A DNA stretch of 64,000 nt, taken from Pirellulales bacterium. Lineage in GTDB: Bacteria > Planctomycetota > Planctomycetia > Pirellulales > DATAWG01. Shown here piece after piece: positions 60,501 to 64,000 of this stretch. The DNA is taken from contig CAVTYW010000006.1 of the NCBI GenBank assembly GCA_963738955.1, forward strand, positions 120,642 to 184,641. The letters run 5' to 3'. Made by a program: the position numbers and the translations under genes. The notes under the pieces are model-generated. The model searched no databases. It saw only the letters and a program-made list of their open reading frames with translations, and was not told the DNA's origin. The number at the start of each line of letters is the position of its first letter. The stretch's first letter is position 1.

Positions 60501-63500
60501 GTTGAGTCGTCGCCGGGCAGCGTCGTGCCGGCGGAATCCTCGACGGCGACGGTCACGCGGGAGCGATGAACGTTCCGCTGGAAGTGGCGGTCGGCTGCTG
60601 GATGAACGCCAGTTTCGCCGCTGCTCCGTAAATCGACGTTGATGGTTGGCCGATGCGCCCGACCGTGCTGTAATCGGTGCTGTCGGTCGGGGTGAAGAAG
60701 ACGCCCAGCGACTGGTTCTGACCCACGGGCAAGACGGTCCCGGCGGCGGGCGTGTAGACAAACGACGCCGGGCACGTTGGCCGTGGCGTCGAGTTGCGTC
60801 GAGCTCAATGGCGTGCCGTCGATGATGTCGGCGGGATTGTTCCACGTGATCACCGGCGTCGCCGGATCGACGTCGACGTTCTGTCCGACGGTCACCGTCG
60901 CATAATCGGTCGTATCGGTCGGCGTGAACGTCACACTGAGCGGGAAGTTAGCGCCGGTCGGGGGAACCGTGCCGATGCCGGGAGTGTAAACGAAAGTTCC
61001 CGGAATGGTCACTCCGTTCACGGTGGCGGTGGCGTTGAGTTGCGCGGAACTGAGCGCCTGGCCATACGTCATGTCGGTGTTCGGCCCGGTCCAGGTGATG
61101 AGCGGCGTGGCCTTTGCCACGTTGATCAGGACTTCGGCATTCGCCGTGGCGTAATCGGCGGAATCCGTCGGGACGAACGTGACCGTCAACGGCTGGTTTT
61201 GGCCGACCGGCAAGATCGTCCCGGCGGCGGCGAATACGTAAAAGTGCCGGGGAAACTCGCGAAGTTGGAAACGAATGCATCGAGCTGCGTGCCCGTCAGC
61301 GCCGTGCCAAAGACCAGATCGGCGGGCGTGGCCCAGGCGAGCGTCGGCGTGGCCGGTCCGACGACGAAGTCGTCGATCGACACGTTGCCGCTGGCGACCT
61401 TGACGACGATGGTGTGGCTGCCGGCGCGTGAGCAACGCGCTGGTAAAGACCGGGGCGATCATCGTGGTCGAACTGACGAGATTCACCTGGGTGGGATTGT
61501 TGCCGTCGATGAAACACTTGCGCGCTCCCAGCCGTCGGCGATTCGACGGCATACAGCGTGATCAGCGTGCCGGTGAACGTGACCGTGGCGTTGTCGCCGC
61601 CGATGCTGTCGCTGGTGACGGTGCCGTCGATGTTATTGGCCAGCGAGGTCGGCGATTGCGCCCACGAACCGGTGTAGACAACCTGGGGAATCGTTCCCGT
61701 GTTGTTGGCGTTGTTGTCGTCGATCGTCGTCAGCGCATGAGTTCCGATGGCGAATGAATTGGAAGTGGTCGATGGCAGTCTCGAGTCCGCGGCGGTGAGG
61801 GTATACGTTCCCGTCGCGGCGATGACCAGATTGTTGAAGCTGGCGACGCCGTTGACGGCGGCCACGGTGGCGGTGGTGCCGCCGCCGAAGAACGTGCCGC
61901 CGTTGAGCGTCACCGTCACATTGGACGTGTTGCCGGTGGCGACGTTGCCGAATCCATCTTCCAGCGAGACGGCCACGGAGGGGTTGACCGCCTCGCCAGC
62001 GTACGTGTTGTCGGCTGCTGAGTAAAGACGAGTTGCGAGGCGACAGCCACAATATTGAACGAGTTGGATTGGGCTTGTTGGAGGCCGCCGTCCGTGGCGA
62101 CCAGCGTGTAGCTGCCGGTGGCGTCGATGACCAGGTTGTTGAACGTGGCCACGCCATTCGACGGCCTGGGCGGCTACGGTCGTGCTGCCGTTGGCGAACG
62201 ATCCGTGATTGATGGTCAGGATCACGGTCGAGGTATCGGTGGTGATCGTGTTGCCGCTTTGATCTTCAACGGCCACGGTGACGGCCGGGTTGATGGCGAC
62301 GCCGGCGATGGTCTGGGTCGGCTGCTGCAGGAAGCCAAGCTTCGCGGAATTGGCGATGAAAAACGAACTGGAATTGGTGCCGCTCAGCGCGCCGTCGGTC
62401 GCCGTCAGCGTGTAGGTGCCGGAGGCGGTGATGACCAGATTGCTGAAGGTCGCGACGCCGTTCGACGACAGTGGCGGTGGCGGTGTTGCCGCCGCCCGAG
62501 AAGGTGCCGCCGTTGAGCGTCAGGTGACGGTCGACGAGCTGTCGGCCGTGTAGATGTTGCCGAATTGGTCTTCGACGCTCACCGTCACGGCGGGACTCAG
62601 GGCAATGCCGGCGCTGCCGTTGGCCGGCGGCTCCTGACTGAAAATCAGCTTCGACTCGGCCGGCGGCGGAATCGGCGTCGTTCGCGTGGCACTGGCCACG
62701 TCGGAGGCCGCGTCGGAAATCGAGACATTGTCGGAGACGGTCGTCGTTCCCGTCGGAATCGAGTTGTTCAGGTCGACCGAAAAGACGACCGAACCGCTGA
62801 CGCCCGCATTGAGGTTGCCGACCGTGAACGTGTAGATCGAGCCGGCGCCGCCGCTGCCGGACACCAGCGTCCAGCCGGGCGTGCTGTTGGCGAGGTCAGC
62901 CGTCGTGTTGGCCTGCACGGTTTCGGTGAGCACGACGCCGGTGGCGTTGACGCCGGTGCTGTTGACGATGCTGCCGGCATTGTGTAATTGATGGTGTAGG
63001 GGATGACACCCATCGCCACCGGCACGACGTTGCCGTCGGTCATGGAAATGCTCAGGCTCGCATGCGTCGTCGCCAGCGGCGTGATTTGCACGCGATCGAT
63101 CGAGATGATGTTGCTGGCGGCGTTGTTGAGGATTTTCAACGTGTGCGTGCCGGCGCCCAGGCCCGACACCGTATAGACCAGCACGTCGCCGGCGCCGGCG
63201 CCGTTGGGCGAACTGTTGGCCGGCTTCAACGTCACCGTCTGCGTGTTGCCGCCGTCGATCGAGAACGTCGCCGTGCCGTAGCTTGTCAATTCGTTGGCGT
63301 AGACGTTGATCTGCGAGCCGGTGAATTTCAACGTCGCAAAATCGCCCTGGACGTTGTCGGTGCTGACGGTGCCGTCGAACGTGCCCATCGTCGAGCTGCC
63401 GGTGACGTGCGTCCAGCCGGCGCCGACGTAATTGAACTGGTTCATGCCCGTGCCGGCAGCCGAATCGTCGACGATCGTGTTGCTGGTCAGTCCGAACGCC

Positions 63501-64000
63501 TGAATGCGGTTGGTGCCGACGAAAACGTCGCCGCGCGCGACGGCGATGCTGTTGTACTTTCCGATCGGGCACGGCCAGTTCTTCGTAGGCGCTGCTCCAG
63601 AGCGGCTGCAGCGTCAGCGCGTTGTAGGCGTAGAGCACCGGCGATCCGTCGGAATACGAAGTCGTGCCGTCCGTGCGCTGCTCACCCTCGTCGACGATCC
63701 AGTCGATTTCGTTGGACGTTCCGTTGCCGGTGATCAGGTTCGCGCCGGGATTGCTCATCACCGCCGTGTTCTGCGCGACAATCTGCAGGTAGGCGGGCTG
63801 TCCCGCCGAATGGACGACTTCGGTCTCGATCAGCGACGGCGCGACGGGAGTGCTCGAGCCGACGCCCGCTTTGGTGGCGCCTGCCCAGATGATGTATTGG
63901 TTGCCGTCCGGACCGGTGAAGGTCGCGGGCGTGTCGCGCGCCTTGGCCGTGTTGCCCGAAGCGCTCGATTCGTTGTAGGGCCCAAAGAGCGCCAGCGGTC
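54592..64000 (-). CDS. Giant extracellular Ig-repeat/adhesin-like protein, 3' part (indels; 5' end beyond window)
   Basis: Thr/Gly/Ser/Asn-rich beta-sandwich repeats (VQWQVSTDGG..., TP.ITW..PADI, LxFxQQP..VAVED), duplicated lectin-like domain, DUF11-like domain; consecutive same-strand ORFs join by frame changes. Confidence 0.8.

Overview
GC-rich bacterial chromosomal segment. Gene content (DUF2617-like protein, MoxR/VWA/prenyltransferase cluster, receptor Ser/Thr kinase, giant Ig-repeat protein, RNase P RNA style) points to a Planctomycetota, probably Pirellulales-like, genome; this is an inference. Many genes, including uvrB, apgM, moxR and rsgA, carry 1-2 nt indels most consistent with consensus errors, so fragments are merged into single gene calls. 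In order, the window holds: a GH130/symporter/GH-A-like carbohydrate locus; M28 and CPBP peptidases; apgM; an HTH_17-PIN toxin-antitoxin pair; a ~16.5 kb, 9-gene minus-strand envelope cluster (PQQ propeller, MoxR, DUF58, BatA/VWA, VWA/GATase-like, coiled coil, secreted protein, Tat-signal prenyltransferase-repeat protein, NPCBM protein) divergent from tatC; two-component genes; nagA; an ECF sigma/anti-sigma module; uvrB; comEA-like; Ser/Thr kinase; orphan RHH protein; rnpB; radical SAM; FHA; rsgA; and the 3' 9.4 kb of a giant surface protein. The best non-obvious signals are twin divergent GGGAATAA-N14-GTCTCTT promoters linking the ECF sigma to a tiny repeat lipoprotein, a ~190-nt structured candidate sRNA upstream of uvrB, heptamer tracts at gene junctions and in frame within genes, and several REP/MITE-like families. 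No CRISPR, tRNA, rRNA, integrase or transposase was seen. Family names come from motif recognition, not database searches.
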